From the NCBI RefSeq assembly GCF_006345805.1, contig NC_043009.1:15810001-15874000 (forward strand): a stretch of DNA of 64,000 nt. Reading direction: 5' to 3'. Numbering within the stretch: position 1 is the stretch's first letter; every line of letters starts with the position of its first letter. Under the pieces are notes generated by a model. It had not been told where the DNA came from and did no database searches. It saw nothing but the letters and a program-made list of their open reading frames with translations. This document shows positions 1 through 12,860 of this stretch, piece by piece. Origin of the DNA: Octopus sinensis. Lineage: Eukaryota. Both the position numbers and the translations under genes were made by a program.

Positions 1-137
1 AGTTCAACCAACAATTACAACTTTACTTGACTTTTAATGAAGATAATTTGAGGAAGATTTTATATTTCATTGAATCATAAGATCAGCCGTAAGGCCAATC
101 GTAGGACACTACTTAGATTTAATTCTATATACATATA

Positions 138-384
138 AAGGCCGGTTTCTTGATTTCATTGTTGTAAAGGTTCCCCACCTGAACGGGACGCCGGTCCGTC
201 TCAGGTGAGTTGCTAGATGCAGGGGGAATATATAAAGGTGTGGCGAAAGAGTCAGTAGACGTCTGTCATTACATTCTACCAGAGCCACGTGGAGCTTGGG
301 TGTTTCTCACATAAACACACATCGCCCGGTCTAAGATTCAAACCCGCGATTCCGTTGCTCTAACCACTAGACCATATTCCTCCA
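138..384 (-). mobile_element. tRNA-headed SINE, decayed (head related to the copy at 49204)
   Basis: Minus strand starts GGAGGAATATGGTCTAGTGGTTAGAGC...GGTTTGAATCTTAGACCGGGCG, an A-box/B-box-like head resembling the 49204 SINE head. Confidence 0.7.
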
Positions 385-386
385 CG

Positions 387-420
<34 letters not shown>

Positions 421-723
421 ATACACTTTTGGTTTTGTGTGTGTACATATGTATACGTATAAGTACGTTTATATGTAGGTAAATGGATACGAATTTAAAC
501 AGATAGACATATAGAAGGATAGGCACATGAGTAATATGAAGAGACAAGCACACATACACACATGCTTACGCAAATGAAGACTGAAACACGTGACCATATA
601 CGCACTCACTTCACTTCACACAAGGAGACAGAGGTACACACACACATGCAAACTCACACGCATACATAAAAACACAGAAACATATGAACATGCAGAATAC
701 ATACATACAAACGTACACGCATG

Positions 724-755
<32 letters not shown>

Positions 756-1812
756 CATACATACGCAAACACACACACACACATACAAGCATACACAGTT
801 ATATGCGTACATACATATGTATGCGCGCACACACTGACCCAAATACATGCGCACAAACAAACAAAAAGTACGCAGCTCGGATAACGGACAGAGTCAACCA
901 CTATTGAATAGGTTGGAAGACGCAACGAAAATTTTAGGAAAAATTAATAAGTAAATGGGTGGAAACTTTACCGGTGCGTGTATTAAATAATAAGCCACTA
1001 AAAGCGAATGACTATCTTCAGACACAACAGTATGTGTGTGTATGAGTGTGTGTCTGAAGCAATGAGTTATTAATTAAGAATACAAACTAATATTTGTGAT
1101 GAACATCGTCAAGATTTTACATTTAGTTATTTTCAATATATTATAAAAGTGTTACTCGTAATTAATTTCAAATACATATATAGCTGCTTTAAAAGCAAAT
1201 TCACGAACGTTGACATTTTGGACTTTTACGGTAACCTCTAAAACCAATAACACAGTAGAAAAGATTTTTTACAAATCTAATAACAATTGTCACTTTGTAG
1301 CAATACGCAATAATCACATCAAAAATAGAAAGTGTCTTCAAAGCAGTCATTGTTCTTTGATGTTGGCAATTTTTATTCAGTAGCCTGGGCAAGATACCAG
1401 GATGATAATCCTTGCTGTAAATTTTAGAGTAGCAATCTGTCATCCTCAGAGTAAATTCTATAATGTGTGGCCGTTCAATGGCATAAATATTACTTCTTTA
1501 TTTCTGAAGCAATATATTGCTTTAATGAGTTTTGAATAAATTGTGATAAAAATTTATTTTGATTTTTCTATGCACAATGTCTATAAAAGTAAGGCATATG
1601 TCTATTTGTAAAATTAGTTCTTGCATCGAAAATTGAAACTCTGGTTGTACGAAGAATTATTACTATTTATTATTAAAGTTATAATTGCCAAAAAAAAAAG
1701 ATGGTTATATATAATTAGTTCATCATACACTGAAGATGCTTCAATAACATTTTACTTTTTCTATTAATATTGAAAAACAATATTGTGGTTGAGTCAATAT
1801 TTTCTAAAAGTT

Positions 1813-2029
1813 AAGGCGGCAGGTTCGCAGACACCGTTACCGCGTTCGGCATAATGTACAGCAGCTTTTCGTCCGTCTCCACGTTCTGAGTTCGAATCCT
1901 GCCGAGGTCGACTTTACTTTACTTTTCATACTTTCAGGTTCCATGAAATAACTAACACTTCGACACTGGGTCGATGTAATCGACTTCTGCGCTCGCCCGA
2001 AATTGCTGGCCTTGTGCCAAAACTTGAAA
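1813..2029 (+). mobile_element. SINE family A copy (decayed)
   Basis: GGCGGC...GTTCGAATCCTGCCGAGGTCGACTTT...GGTCGATGTAATCGAC...TGGCCTTGTGCCAAAA, matching other family A copies in the window. Confidence 0.8.
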
Positions 2030-2050
2030 GTAATGTTATTTCAAACGTTA

Positions 2051-2260
2051 AAGCGGTGAGCTGGCAGAATCGTTAGCACGCCGGGCAAAATACTTGGCAG
2101 CGTTTCGTCCGTCTTTACGATCAGAGTTCAAATTCCACCGCTGTCGAATTTGTCTTTCATCCTTTCATGTCGATCAAATAAGGACCTTTTGAACCCTGAT
2201 GTCGATGTAATTGATTTACCCCTTCCCCCAAAATTGTTGACCTTGTACCAGATTATGAAA
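2051..2260 (+). mobile_element. SINE family A copy, in tandem with the previous one
   Basis: GCGGTGAGCTGGCAGAATCGTTAGCACGCCGGGC head and the same body; reverse complement of 17760-17929. Confidence 0.85.
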
Positions 2261-2765
2261 CAAATATTTTTCTAAATGTCTTCTCACATTTAATTATCGC
2301 TTTTATTAGATTGTAAGAACTCGCCGATACAGTGAATATTTTAAAGATAAAATGAATTTGCCATTTAGAGAGTACTTCACATATACGTGTATGTGTATGT
2401 ATAATCAAATAGACACACACACATACATACATACATTCACACACACACACATTTATATATATAATATAAATAATATATAAATATATGCATATATACATAT
2501 ATGTACATTCCTACATACATATGTATATATTCATGCATATATGGGTATGCATGTATATATACATATATATGTAGGTATGTACATATATGTACGTATATAT
2601 GCATATATTTATATATTATTTATATTCTATGTATATGTATATATATATGTATGTGTATGTATGTATGTATGCATGTATGTATGTATGCATGTATGTATGT
2701 ATGCATGTATGTATGTGTGTGTGAGGTGTGTGTAATACATATAATATGTGATAATTATTCTGTTA

Positions 2766-2919
2766 CCATAATAAAACTCCGAGTTTCGGATGTCGGGGCG
2801 GAAAACTGATCCGGTATCTCGTCAGTTATTAAGACAAACAAAAATACTTGTCTTAATAACTGACGAGATGCCGGTGCAGTTTTCCGCCCCGATATCAGAA
2901 ACTCGGAGTTTTATTATGG
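2766..2919. repeat. Near-perfect palindrome (72-bp arms, 10-nt spacer, 5 mismatches)
   Basis: 2766-2837 is the reverse complement of 2848-2919; weaker symmetry continues into the flanking (TATG)n/(CATA)n tracts. Confidence 0.95.
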
Positions 2920-2922
2920 CAA
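2848..2922 (+). ncRNA. Candidate type I hammerhead ribozyme (mirrored on the minus strand in the left arm)
   Basis: TAATAA-CTGACGA-[GATG..31 nt..ATCA]-GAAAC-TCGGA-GTT-TTATTA; stem I TAATAA/TTATTA extended by TTGTC/GGCAA; stem II imperfect. Confidence 0.5.
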
Positions 2923-2967
2923 GCAACCGAATAATTGTCTCATCTTATATTACAGATAAATTCCTCT

Positions 2968-3012
<45 letters not shown>

Positions 3013-3040
3013 TACATACATACATACATACATACATACA

Positions 3041-3076
<36 letters not shown>

Positions 3077-4269
3077 TATATCTTGTATATTATAATATAG
3101 GTGGCCTGTTAGCAATTCAAACCAAAAGGCAAATTTATAAACAAAGGCACGATATAATACCTGTATTGCTAGAAACAAGAGTCAAAAACGACTCAAAAGC
3201 CAAGAAAACCACTAACTCAATACGTTGACGAAAGAGAGGAAGCAAGGAAGCTCCTTACCGTAGTGACACAAACTCACAAAGAAAGTACTGGATATATCCA
3301 TATAAAGGGATTTCGAACTTTGATCAATTTAATCTTATTTCTCGTCAGCAGATCTCCCTGTGCTTCAAAATTACTTTGCGCAAAATAAAAACTACTTCTC
3401 TTATTATGTCTCTCCTTAATGGTTGTGTATGCTGAGTGTACGACGATTTTGTACGGCTACACATTTTTGGTCATACACAGATCCTAACTTGAAACAAATC
3501 TGATTTATATAAAACAGTAGATTCAGAGGATTCGGTACATGTGGAATGAAAATGAATACTGACGAATTCATTTTAGATAGATTATTAGAAACAGATTTTT
3601 TATTTTTTTTATTTAGAAGAGTAGAGAATAAAAACTTCCTGTAACTAGATTCCCATATTATTACTATGATGCTGTCGTCTTTACAGCCATCTATGGACAG
3701 GATCATCTGTGTGTTCATTGAAAAAAATTAGAATTTAATTAAATTAATGAAGAAATCTATATGCAGCTGCACTTTGTGTCAAGAAGACAATTCATTCCCA
3801 TGTTCCTAGTAAGAGAATGACAATGATATTTAGCTTGAAGTGATCTCTAGCAGATTCAGGAAATAAATTCCAGACATGAAGGTAAAATGTCTGAAATTAA
3901 GAGTAACAAATACTTAAGTTTTGAAAATATGAGATTAAAAAGAACTATGTTATTATGAGACAAATTACCTATCACGAAATACAAAACTATTGAGAGTAGG
4001 AACCCCATACGATCAATTTTAAAGTATAGATACAGAAGGGATGCAGTAGGTTCGCAGGTAGGCTGGTATAGAATGTAGACAGATACACCGGAGTAGCTAG
4101 CTACGATAGTTCATATGTATTAAATTACTTCTAATGCTTAGAATTATTTAATAAATTTCATATTCTAGCTGATATAATTAGCAGTGGATGTAGAGATTTG
4201 CAAACATAGTCTCTACAATAAGAATAGAGTTGTGGTTATTACTTCTAATAATAAGAAATGGATTCTCTC

Positions 4270-4475
4270 CCAAAAGAAAGATATACTATGGTATTTGTGC
4301 ACGAAGTACGATGCAGCACAGTAGCGGGGCTTGAATATGGTGCATGCGAAGGCAATAAAGCAATGAACTGAACATGCTGCGCTGAAAGTATACTAATAGT
4401 GTGCGGAACGAGAGAAAATACATGTATGAGAGAAAAGCTGATTATACAAGACAAAAATGTTGTGTACTACAGAGA
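4270..4475 (+). mobile_element. Highly decayed RTE-clade LINE C-terminal fragment
   Basis: Frameshifted remnants YGICARSTMQHSSGA and MREKLIIQ resemble the RTE region LY..CVR..MLHGSETW...LREKL. Confidence 0.4.
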
Positions 4476-4479
4476 GGAT

Positions 4480-4575
4480 TGCGTCTGAGTCAATTCATTC
4501 GACTAAAAGTTCTTCCAGGCGGTGACCCAGCATGTCCGCAGTGAAATGACTGAAACAAGTAAGACAAGTAAAATA
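4480..4575 (+). mobile_element. SINE family B 3' tail
   Basis: CGACTAAAAG...GGCGGTGACCCAGCATGTCCGCAGTGAAATGACTGAAACAAGTAA matches the tail at 25780-25850. Confidence 0.6.
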
Positions 4576-5735
4576 CCCTGCCTCTTCTTCTTGCTCCCTT
4601 TCCCTCCTCTTTTCATTTCACTGCGTCCCTGTCATTTTTCTTGCCCCTCCTTAATTCTTCTGTTCTTTCTCTACCTCTCTCTCTCTCTCTCTCTTCCTCT
4701 CCCCACGTGACCGGTGCATGGAATGTGTTTAACTGTGGTTGAGATCATGGAATGTGTTTAAATAGTCACGTAAAGTGTAATGCTCTCAAAATTGCCAAAA
4801 CTTGTACAAATGAGAAGCTTAAATAAGCAAGAAAAGGAGTGATAAAAGTGATCTCAAGAATCTGAACGATACAATGTGGATCAACATCAAATCTGAACTG
4901 TAGCACCGGGTGGATTTCGAGAAGACCCACTCACCCGCGCAATCATGCAAAAGTGAGAGTGATGAGAGTAAGATGTTCAACCTGCACCCTTTGTGAAAGC
5001 GTACAAAAAGGATGATGATGTTGATCATAATAACTATGATGGTTAGGAGGAAGAGGTTGTAATGAATGTAAGTATAGAAAACTATAGTGATGTTTCAAAT
5101 TACAGACTTTTGTGTTAAAACGCAAAAGGCTGCACATAACTAAAAAATATATTTAAAGTTATGCCAAATTTTTGAATAGCTCAGTTGTTTTAAGGAAAAA
5201 CTAATCAAAATAAAAAAAAAGAGAGAAACTACTATAACACTTTTTTCCCAATTAGATGAATGATAGATTGTCTTGAAAAGAAGATATATACTAACATTTT
5301 CTTACTTGAGGAAGCAAATCATCTTCTATTTTCTACTTGATTGATTAGAAAAGATTGAGAAAATCTATTAAGGCAGTGAACTGTCTGAAAAGCAACATTT
5401 ACAGAAGACTAGTGTCTTCTATTAGTTCTGTATATATTCAGGCAAAATATGGGTTTAGCATGTATAAGACGTGTCATGACTAGCTGATGTGCCACAGAAA
5501 AGATATATATGTCGTGGCAACATATCCTTCTCCCTTTCTTGTCGAAGTGCAAGAAGTTAGTTACGTTTTCTATTTCCTATTTTTAGTTACAAATTTCAGT
5601 AATCTTGTTCTCAAATCGCGAACAAATTAAGTAATCTTGTCGCGTTGGTAATGGTGGCTTCCTATGAGATTTACAAATAGCCAATATATTTCTTCCTTGC
5701 CTTTTCTCCTGCTTTCTCATGCCCCATCCTTCTTC

Positions 5736-5740
<5 letters not shown>

Positions 5741-5821
<81 letters not shown>
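5741..5821. repeat. (CT)n microsatellite
   Basis: Direct reading; explains the ERER ORFs. Confidence 0.95.
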
Positions 5822-5822
<1 letters not shown>

Positions 5823-5855
5823 TGCAGATAAATTTTCTATTGCAGATAACTGATA

Positions 5856-7015
5856 TAGGTCGTTCAACTGCACGTGCTTGTAGAGTAATACTTCCAATAC
5901 ACAAAATTACTATTCAACGAAATCCGTATCTCAAACCAAACATTAACGCCATTGCTGAATCCAACTCTCAAATTGTCATTTAAAAAGAGTTAAGCCTGCA
6001 CTTGTGTACCTACTTCATCACAGCCACTTTCACCTCACCTCTGTCATCAAATTCTTGTCCTCGAAGATTGACAATATTCTTTAGAACAAACAGTTGGAAA
6101 AAGGAAGGTACCATGTTCGGGAAGCAGTGTTTATATTGGTCACTAAACATCCGAATTTTGCAATTGCCTGATTTACTTTACCAAAGACGTGGGTACAATT
6201 GTTGTGGATGTAGATTCTTCTTCGGTCTCTTTTTCCTAATGATTTCTCTAAATTTCCTGAGTGTCTCAACGTATCACTCGCTAATCACGGTACTGCTACG
6301 TTTTAGAAAACAAAGGAGAATGAAGCCATTTTGATTACGCAAATCAGTTATCATGACTTCCTGTACTGATCGCTGGCTCTTGAACTTCTTGAGCCTTGGA
6401 GAGGACGTGAAGCGCCAATTCATGAATTGTGTTTTCCTCTTCGGATAGCAAAGACGCTGTCTCCTCTTATACCCTCTTTTACAGCAGATCAAATTAGACA
6501 TCCACACTTCTCTACTTCAAACTGGGCGTCAACTGCCGAGGTACCTGCATTGCAAACACATTTTGATACTTAGTGCCTGCTCCGATTTTCTGTAATGCAC
6601 TCTGCTTACACTCCATTTGTGAGTCCTAGCTCATAAATAATGATATCTGTCGGAGGAAATGAAATGGTCCACTCGCTGGCAATTCCTCTCAATGATTGCC
6701 TTTGAAACTTTCCCACATCGTGGTTTGTCTTCGATTCTTCCTCTTTTAAAATTCTTCATTAGTTTGCGCATATTCATGATGACCGCGTTGTCTCTATAAA
6801 CTATTTGTAATCTTCTACGGATGTTAAAGAGTCTGCACGCCTCCTTAATCAAGAACTCAGTGGGACCGCATCGCTTGAATCACACTTTTTACTTGCAATA
6901 GAGAAGATGAAGATGAAAATTTATTCTACACAAGATTTTCATGCTTTCGTCTCCCAACTCGCGCAATTTGAATGACACACTACAGTCAATAAAAACCAGT
7001 GATGTTCTCTTTCGT
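5856..7015 (-). mobile_element. Decayed mariner element (transposase remnant about 5910-6880)
   Basis: Minus-strand fragments RRLQIVYRDNAV..FKRGRIEDKPRCG, SPRLKKFKSQRS..VMIT..QNGFILL, LRGQEFDDRGEVKVAVMK, FESWIQQWR*CL..DFVE*; many stops and frameshifts; TIR-like TAGGTCGTTCAA at 5856. Confidence 0.85.
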
Positions 7016-7299
7016 ATTACGTTTACACATACAGCCCCATCACACGCACACATATAAATATACTTATAATATTGAAATTTATGTATTTTTCTCAATTCTG
7101 TATTACGCTCTGTTCACCATAAAACAGATATCCTCTACCATACGTAGTTGTATGCATACATACATTTACCGCACCAGTTATTCATATGCAACCATAGATT
7201 GGGTGATAACAAGTTACAACCAGTTATTATTACGGAAAGAAACGTCTAAGAAGCTACGTAGACTGGTGACTCTTAGGACAATGGTTTATAATTTCAGGA

Positions 7300-7760
7300 A
7301 GTGGATTAACTGAAGTTTATGGCCCATGAAAGACTTGAATTAGACACACTCCCATAATCAAATTTTATTCAATCATTGAGGCCGCTGTCATTGGTAGATA
7401 AGCGGACACTATCAAAAATATATGTTAAACTAGTATAAATATATGTGGAACAACAACCCAAAGACTGATCCCCCAAGAAAGGCCCTGGAGTCACTTCAAA
7501 AATTTCAAAATCTATTTTCTCAAACACTGTTTTGCATGCATCATTATTTATCAATACTTTTTCAATGGTGCTGCTATCAAGTTCGCCAGTCATAAGACAC
7601 AACATTTTTACCTCACCTGTTCCATATTATCCTCAGAGAGATCAAAGAAAAAAACAGAAAGTATTCAATGGGTACCGAGACATATTCCTCAAAGCAGTAC
7701 CAAATAAATTGGTGATAACAGGAGGCAAATTAGCTCGCAACTCCCTACTCGAGAGCGTAT
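7300..7760 (+). mobile_element. Possible very old LINE reverse-transcriptase remnant
   Basis: QVRQS*DTTFLPHLFHIILREI resembles the RT motif GVRQG..LSP.LFNI.L; weak similarity only. Confidence 0.3.
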
Positions 7761-9271
7761 GTACTGTAAAAATATGATTTTGATAACAAATCGACATGTT
7801 GCTATAAAGCGGAGAAATGGACTGGGCGAATAATTGCCAAGAAGTACTTATGTATATGCGTGTGTGTGTGTGTCTGTTTTGTTCGACTCCTCGTCTTCGT
7901 CACTATCATAAATCACACTCTGTGTCGTTCTACTTGTTTCGCTTTGTTTTGTCTTGTTTCGCTTGCTCTTGTCCCTAATTCTCCGCCAAAAAATGTTTGT
8001 GGGCACCGCCAATTGGGAAACACTCAGCCTTATCGTGAAAGGTGCGAAACTGAACAGTACCAATTGGTCGATAACTGATGAAGAATTACGGACCCTCTGT
8101 TAGTCTCCCGCTCGTTTTTACATTCAGTAAAATGTATAACTGTTTGGTTATACATTTTTCATTTATATATGTATATACATATACATACATACATACATAC
8201 AAGTATATAGATTCAACCGATAATATATTATGTTTTCTTTAAAAGAATATTAGGTAGATATACATTTTTCTATATGTCCAAAATTAATAAAACAAAGTCA
8301 GTTACCGGAACATGTGGCAGCTCAAAGACAGACACAAAATACAAGTCAGAATGGAGTATTATGCGATTCTACGCAAAATAGTGTGTGGATATTGTGCTGC
8401 CAAGAAAATCATGGAGTCCTGCTATCAGACTAATAAGTACAGAAGAGAAAAGTTATGGAATAATCAAATGTAATCATAGGCTTCTTTGAACATTTAGATT
8501 CTACAAGAAAAGTCAATATAAGAAAAGTTAGATTTTAATATTTTAGACAATAAGTTATTGTATTGCTTTGATAATGCTTGTAACATTTTCTAATGATGGT
8601 AACTTCATTCTTTAATCTCCGCAAACATATCAACACAGCAGTTATGTATTACTCAATGTCAGATTCTTGATTCAAATTAACAATATCGATTGTGCTTCGA
8701 GGTTTTGTTAAATAGGAAATCAACAGTATGATTTCTTATGGTTTTTAATTACATCTGTTTGATGTAATTTATTAGAAACTTATTTATTTTAATCACTTTA
8801 TTTTAGTGTTCGCTTTTATAATTATAGTTATTATTTCATTGTATCCCGATTGTATCTATATGCTATGTTTACCGGTGTTTGTTTATTAAATTTTATTTAA
8901 ATATATCTAAGACTAGCATATGCGCATAGTGTGCTATGGTATAACTTCAATATTTATCACACTTTATTATGAGATACGTCTTCAAAACACGTCAATACAA
9001 TTATATAAGCTGTAAGTCGACGTTAACCTACTAGTATTATATGTGAACTTGTATAATCTTTAAGCTTTGTACACGTTTTAGTGTATGTGTGGATGCGCGT
9101 GCGTTTGTACATTTTACATAGGAATTCCATTATAATCCTGTGTTTATCGTTATTTCTCCAACACACCTACACACACACACATAAATATATATGTATATAT
9201 GAGAAGCCATATATACATAAAAACGTATTTAATAGTAGAACTCAGAGGAAACAAAGCTATAGATAATACTT

Positions 9272-9457
9272 TCTACTATAGGCAATAGGCCTGAAATTAT
9301 GTGGAATGTGGGGCTAGTCGTTTGATTATTTCATCGGTCCCCAAGGTATTAAAGCAAAGGTGCCCTTGGCAGGATTTGAACTTAGAACGTAAAGAAGGAC
9401 GAAATGCTGCTAAACATTTGGTCTCGCGTGCTAACGATTCTGTTGTTTTCCCGCCTA
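9272..9457 (-). mobile_element. SINE family A copy (internally deleted)
   Basis: GGATTTGAACTTAGAACGTAAAGAAGGACGAAATGCTGCTAAACATT...CGTGCTAACGATTCTG matches family A. Confidence 0.7.
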
Positions 9458-9504
9458 AGACAAAGCTATACATAAAGGTATGTAAATATTGGGTTATAAA
9501 TAAA

Positions 9505-9800
9505 ACCTCTGATCGTGGCTATGTGGTTAGAACTTTACTTTCCAACCACATCATTGTGGGTTTAGTCCAGCAGCGTGGCGCCGTGACGGTGTGTCTTCTA
9601 CAAAAGACCCGGACCACCAAAAACCTTGTTAGTAGATTTCGTTAGCAGAAACCGAAACAAGCTCTTCGTACATGCATATTTGTGTGTACATCAACATGTG
9701 TGTTTCCTTGCATATATATTTATCTCCCCATCAGCACTTGGAAATCGGTGTTAGTTTATTTACGTTCCCGTAACTTAAAGGTTCAGCGGATTAAAAGAAA
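9505..9800 (+). mobile_element. SINE family B copy, decayed
   Basis: GTGGCTATGTGGTTAG...CCAACCACAT...GTGTCTTCTAC...TTTACGTTCCCGTAACTTA, colinear with 25428-25852. Confidence 0.55.
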
Positions 9801-10145
9801 TGTACTTTTCTCGATTAGTCTTACTAAATCCTTCAATTCGGTGCCCATGAATAGCCACAGTCTAATCTCCAAAACGTAAAAATATATAAATAATGAAAAC
9901 ACAAAAAGTCAAAGATTGTCCTTAAGAGTAGAATTCGTATCAGGACAGACGATTTACCATGGGAATTTCGAACTTCTCCATCTTTTTTAGAAGTTTCTCA
10001 TTTTCTAATCAGTGGGTACCGCATGTTCATTATGTCATATATATTTGGAAACTTCGTGAGACAAGAAATAAAACATTTTAAGCGGTTGACTCTAAGTAGA
10101 TATGTTTCTAAACAATAATGTGTAAATACTGAGTTAAAGAAAATC

Positions 10146-10380
10146 CATGGCTAGAAAAATGAGAAGGCTTCAGACGGGACACGAACCGATATCTTTGTAA
10201 AACATTATTGTATAAATTTTCATGATGTAAACATGTACTCGCTGATAAAATCGAAGATTCTAAAGTGAATAAAAAATTCGAAGTACTTCTTTTGTGAAAT
10301 GCCAGAATCACCGTCGAGTTTACTAAAAATATGGGTTAGAGTCCCGTCTGAAGTTTTCAGTTTCAGTTTTCTATCTAATG
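10146..10380. mobile_element. MITE-like element with imperfect inverted ends
   Basis: Perfect 13-bp IR CTTCAGACGGGAC (10168-10180) / GTCCCGTCTGAAG (10341-10353), extending imperfectly to about 40 bp. Confidence 0.4.
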
Positions 10381-12689
10381 TCTAAGGTTATCTAACATGA
10401 GTTTATCCGTTAAAACGATGCACTCACACACACACACATACATACACACAGACGCACACATACGTATCATGAGTGTGCTTGTATGTGCATAGTTGTGCGT
10501 GTATAAAGATACATGTACATATTAGGTCACTGAATTTAGAGGAAATAAAATCCAAATACCATTCCATACAAACTTCAAGCCTGAGGTAATGATATCTAGC
10601 TTGAGGTTATCACTGTCATCACAGAATTAAAAAGTAAAGAAATTAATGACGATGTAGCGTTATCACATTCTATAATGAGTGACACACTTTGCATAATCTG
10701 TAGAATGTGTTATCAAAATGATGTAAAGCCATGCGATACTAACTGACACTTCTACTGATTGCGAAGTCTCAAAACTGATCACAAATATAACACTGAAAAA
10801 GAATAGTAGTATATTTTTCGGGGTTTCCATTTGTAACTAGTCTCAAGAAATAAGAACTGTCATTTAATATTCTATGAGATTACATAATTACGTACACATC
10901 TATGTACGTTTGAATCCATATGTAACTCGGTTTGCATATGTATTGTGTATTCATCTTGTAGAATTTGAAACTTAAAATACGTGAGAAATTACTAGTATTT
11001 AAAGCCTCATACGTATTGCCATTTAAGATTTTGTTCTTGTTTGATTTGCAATGAATCCTAAGTCTGAAGATTTCACAATGATGCAGAAAGTGAAAGATGT
11101 TTTATAATATATATAGCAACACCATCTTAAAAGAAATGATTGTGAGTTATGAATATAAATTGCATAATCACGATGTGAGATTGAGTACAATAGTAACACG
11201 TCTCTGACAATTTAACAATATGACGTGATTATGTCACTTTCATTATGCTATTGAAAAATCGTTTGTATATAATGAAACGTACGTAAGATGATGTAACTGA
11301 GTATTTTATTAACAATTTATTGTGTTGTATTTGCTGCACTGGGTGTGTATGCGTGTGTATTCGCGCGCGCATATGTGTATGTGTGTGGGAGTTTGATTGT
11401 TTGATTATTCCAGTTTATTAACTGGACAAAATGAACTGAATGTAAATGCGTAAGTGTATACATATTGTCGCGGTGAAGTTAGAATTGCTTGATGCACGCC
11501 ATAGAACCTTCTCATAACTAGAGTCTCATGTCAACGTCGCAAATCTCTACACGCTGGTCGAACAATGACCAAGTGGCTAATAATATACATACACAACACA
11601 CACACTTATACATGTATATGAAAGGGGAAACAGCGAACAGAGTGAGAGGCGAGAAGAAAATGATACGTGGCGAAAGAGAGAAGATTTCAGATGCATATTC
11701 GTCTTGTTGAGTGAGAGATATATCTTCACAAATCCTATGATAGAAATAGTAATCCACATATGGCAGAACCAGATTCCAATTTCTTTCTTTCTCGAAACAA
11801 GTATTTGTCATCATATCCTTTTTCACATCTCTCTCACTTTGTTTCTTAAGTAACATATCCTGCATTGGATGTTTCTTTTTTACATTTCTCTATATGACTT
11901 CTATTTTTCATGCATTGTACCGTTCTCGTAACAATGTATTCCGAAATTCTGTTCAGTCTTTGATATTTAAATATGAAAATTGACATTCCATTATCTGTGC
12001 CCTTACTAGAAAAGGGTATATAGATCTTTTCGAAATGATTATGAAATAAATTTAATGTAATATGAATTATAAATTTCCTAGTGAATTAATACATTGATGT
12101 TCAGTTCGATATCCTCATAAAATCACTGACATTGGTGCTAACCAATGTACAATCATTCGATCTACTCGCAGAGCGTAGTTATATATCAATATTCTTGACA
12201 GGATAGTAAATATGATTTTCATGTTAATGTATTTTTACGTTTCAACATGAACTGAATCTAATTAATAAGTCATAAATTTGTGTTTGAGTAGAAGTCACAA
12301 CTATGCTTCTTTTCAGAGATTTAACTACATTTATTTCTTGAATACAGTGCTAGTAAAAGTTGCCAAAACAATCATATTCGTTGCAAACTTTTTATGGATT
12401 CATTTTTGCGTCGTAGAATACTAGCGTTTTCCGCAAATTCCTAAGTTTACAATGTTGCAATATTAGACATATCTATTAAGGATCATGATAAAAGAATATC
12501 AAAATCATTTGAAGGAAATTGAATCATGTATTTGTCAGTCTCTGAGCCACACTATACAGTGAAATAAATTGGTTGGTTGCATGGAAGGATGCTTTGGGTC
12601 AGTAAACGTAAAGGAAATGAATGTTATATACGCCGGCGAAAAATCAATGAATATCGAAGAATCAAATAAATATCTTATTACTCGGATTT

Positions 12690-12860
12690 CTCTGAAATTG
12701 AGTATCATTTTATATCTGGTTCCTTGTGTTGTATGTCTTGTACTCTGTTCTTTCGTTATTTGAAAAAGTCCGTTTCCATGTTTTTGTTTTTATGTTTTCG
12801 TTTCTCGTTGTGTTCTACGTTTTTTTTTTTTTGTCCTGTACCCATATATGTATGTATTCA
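12690..12860 (+). repeat. Dispersed repeat, homologous to 25020-25150 (reverse)
   Basis: TTGTATGTCTTGTACTCTG...TTTATGTTTTCGTTTCTCGTTGTGTTCTACG...GTACCCATATATG is shared with the reverse complement of 25020-25150. Confidence 0.7.

Noticed and set aside
3416-3718. Minus ORF with SIDGCKD resembling a hAT transposase catalytic start
   Set aside because: Single short motif with no supporting downstream blocks or TIRs
8040-8090. GAAACTGAACAGTA...CTGATGA in type II hammerhead order
   Set aside because: Stems I and II do not pair
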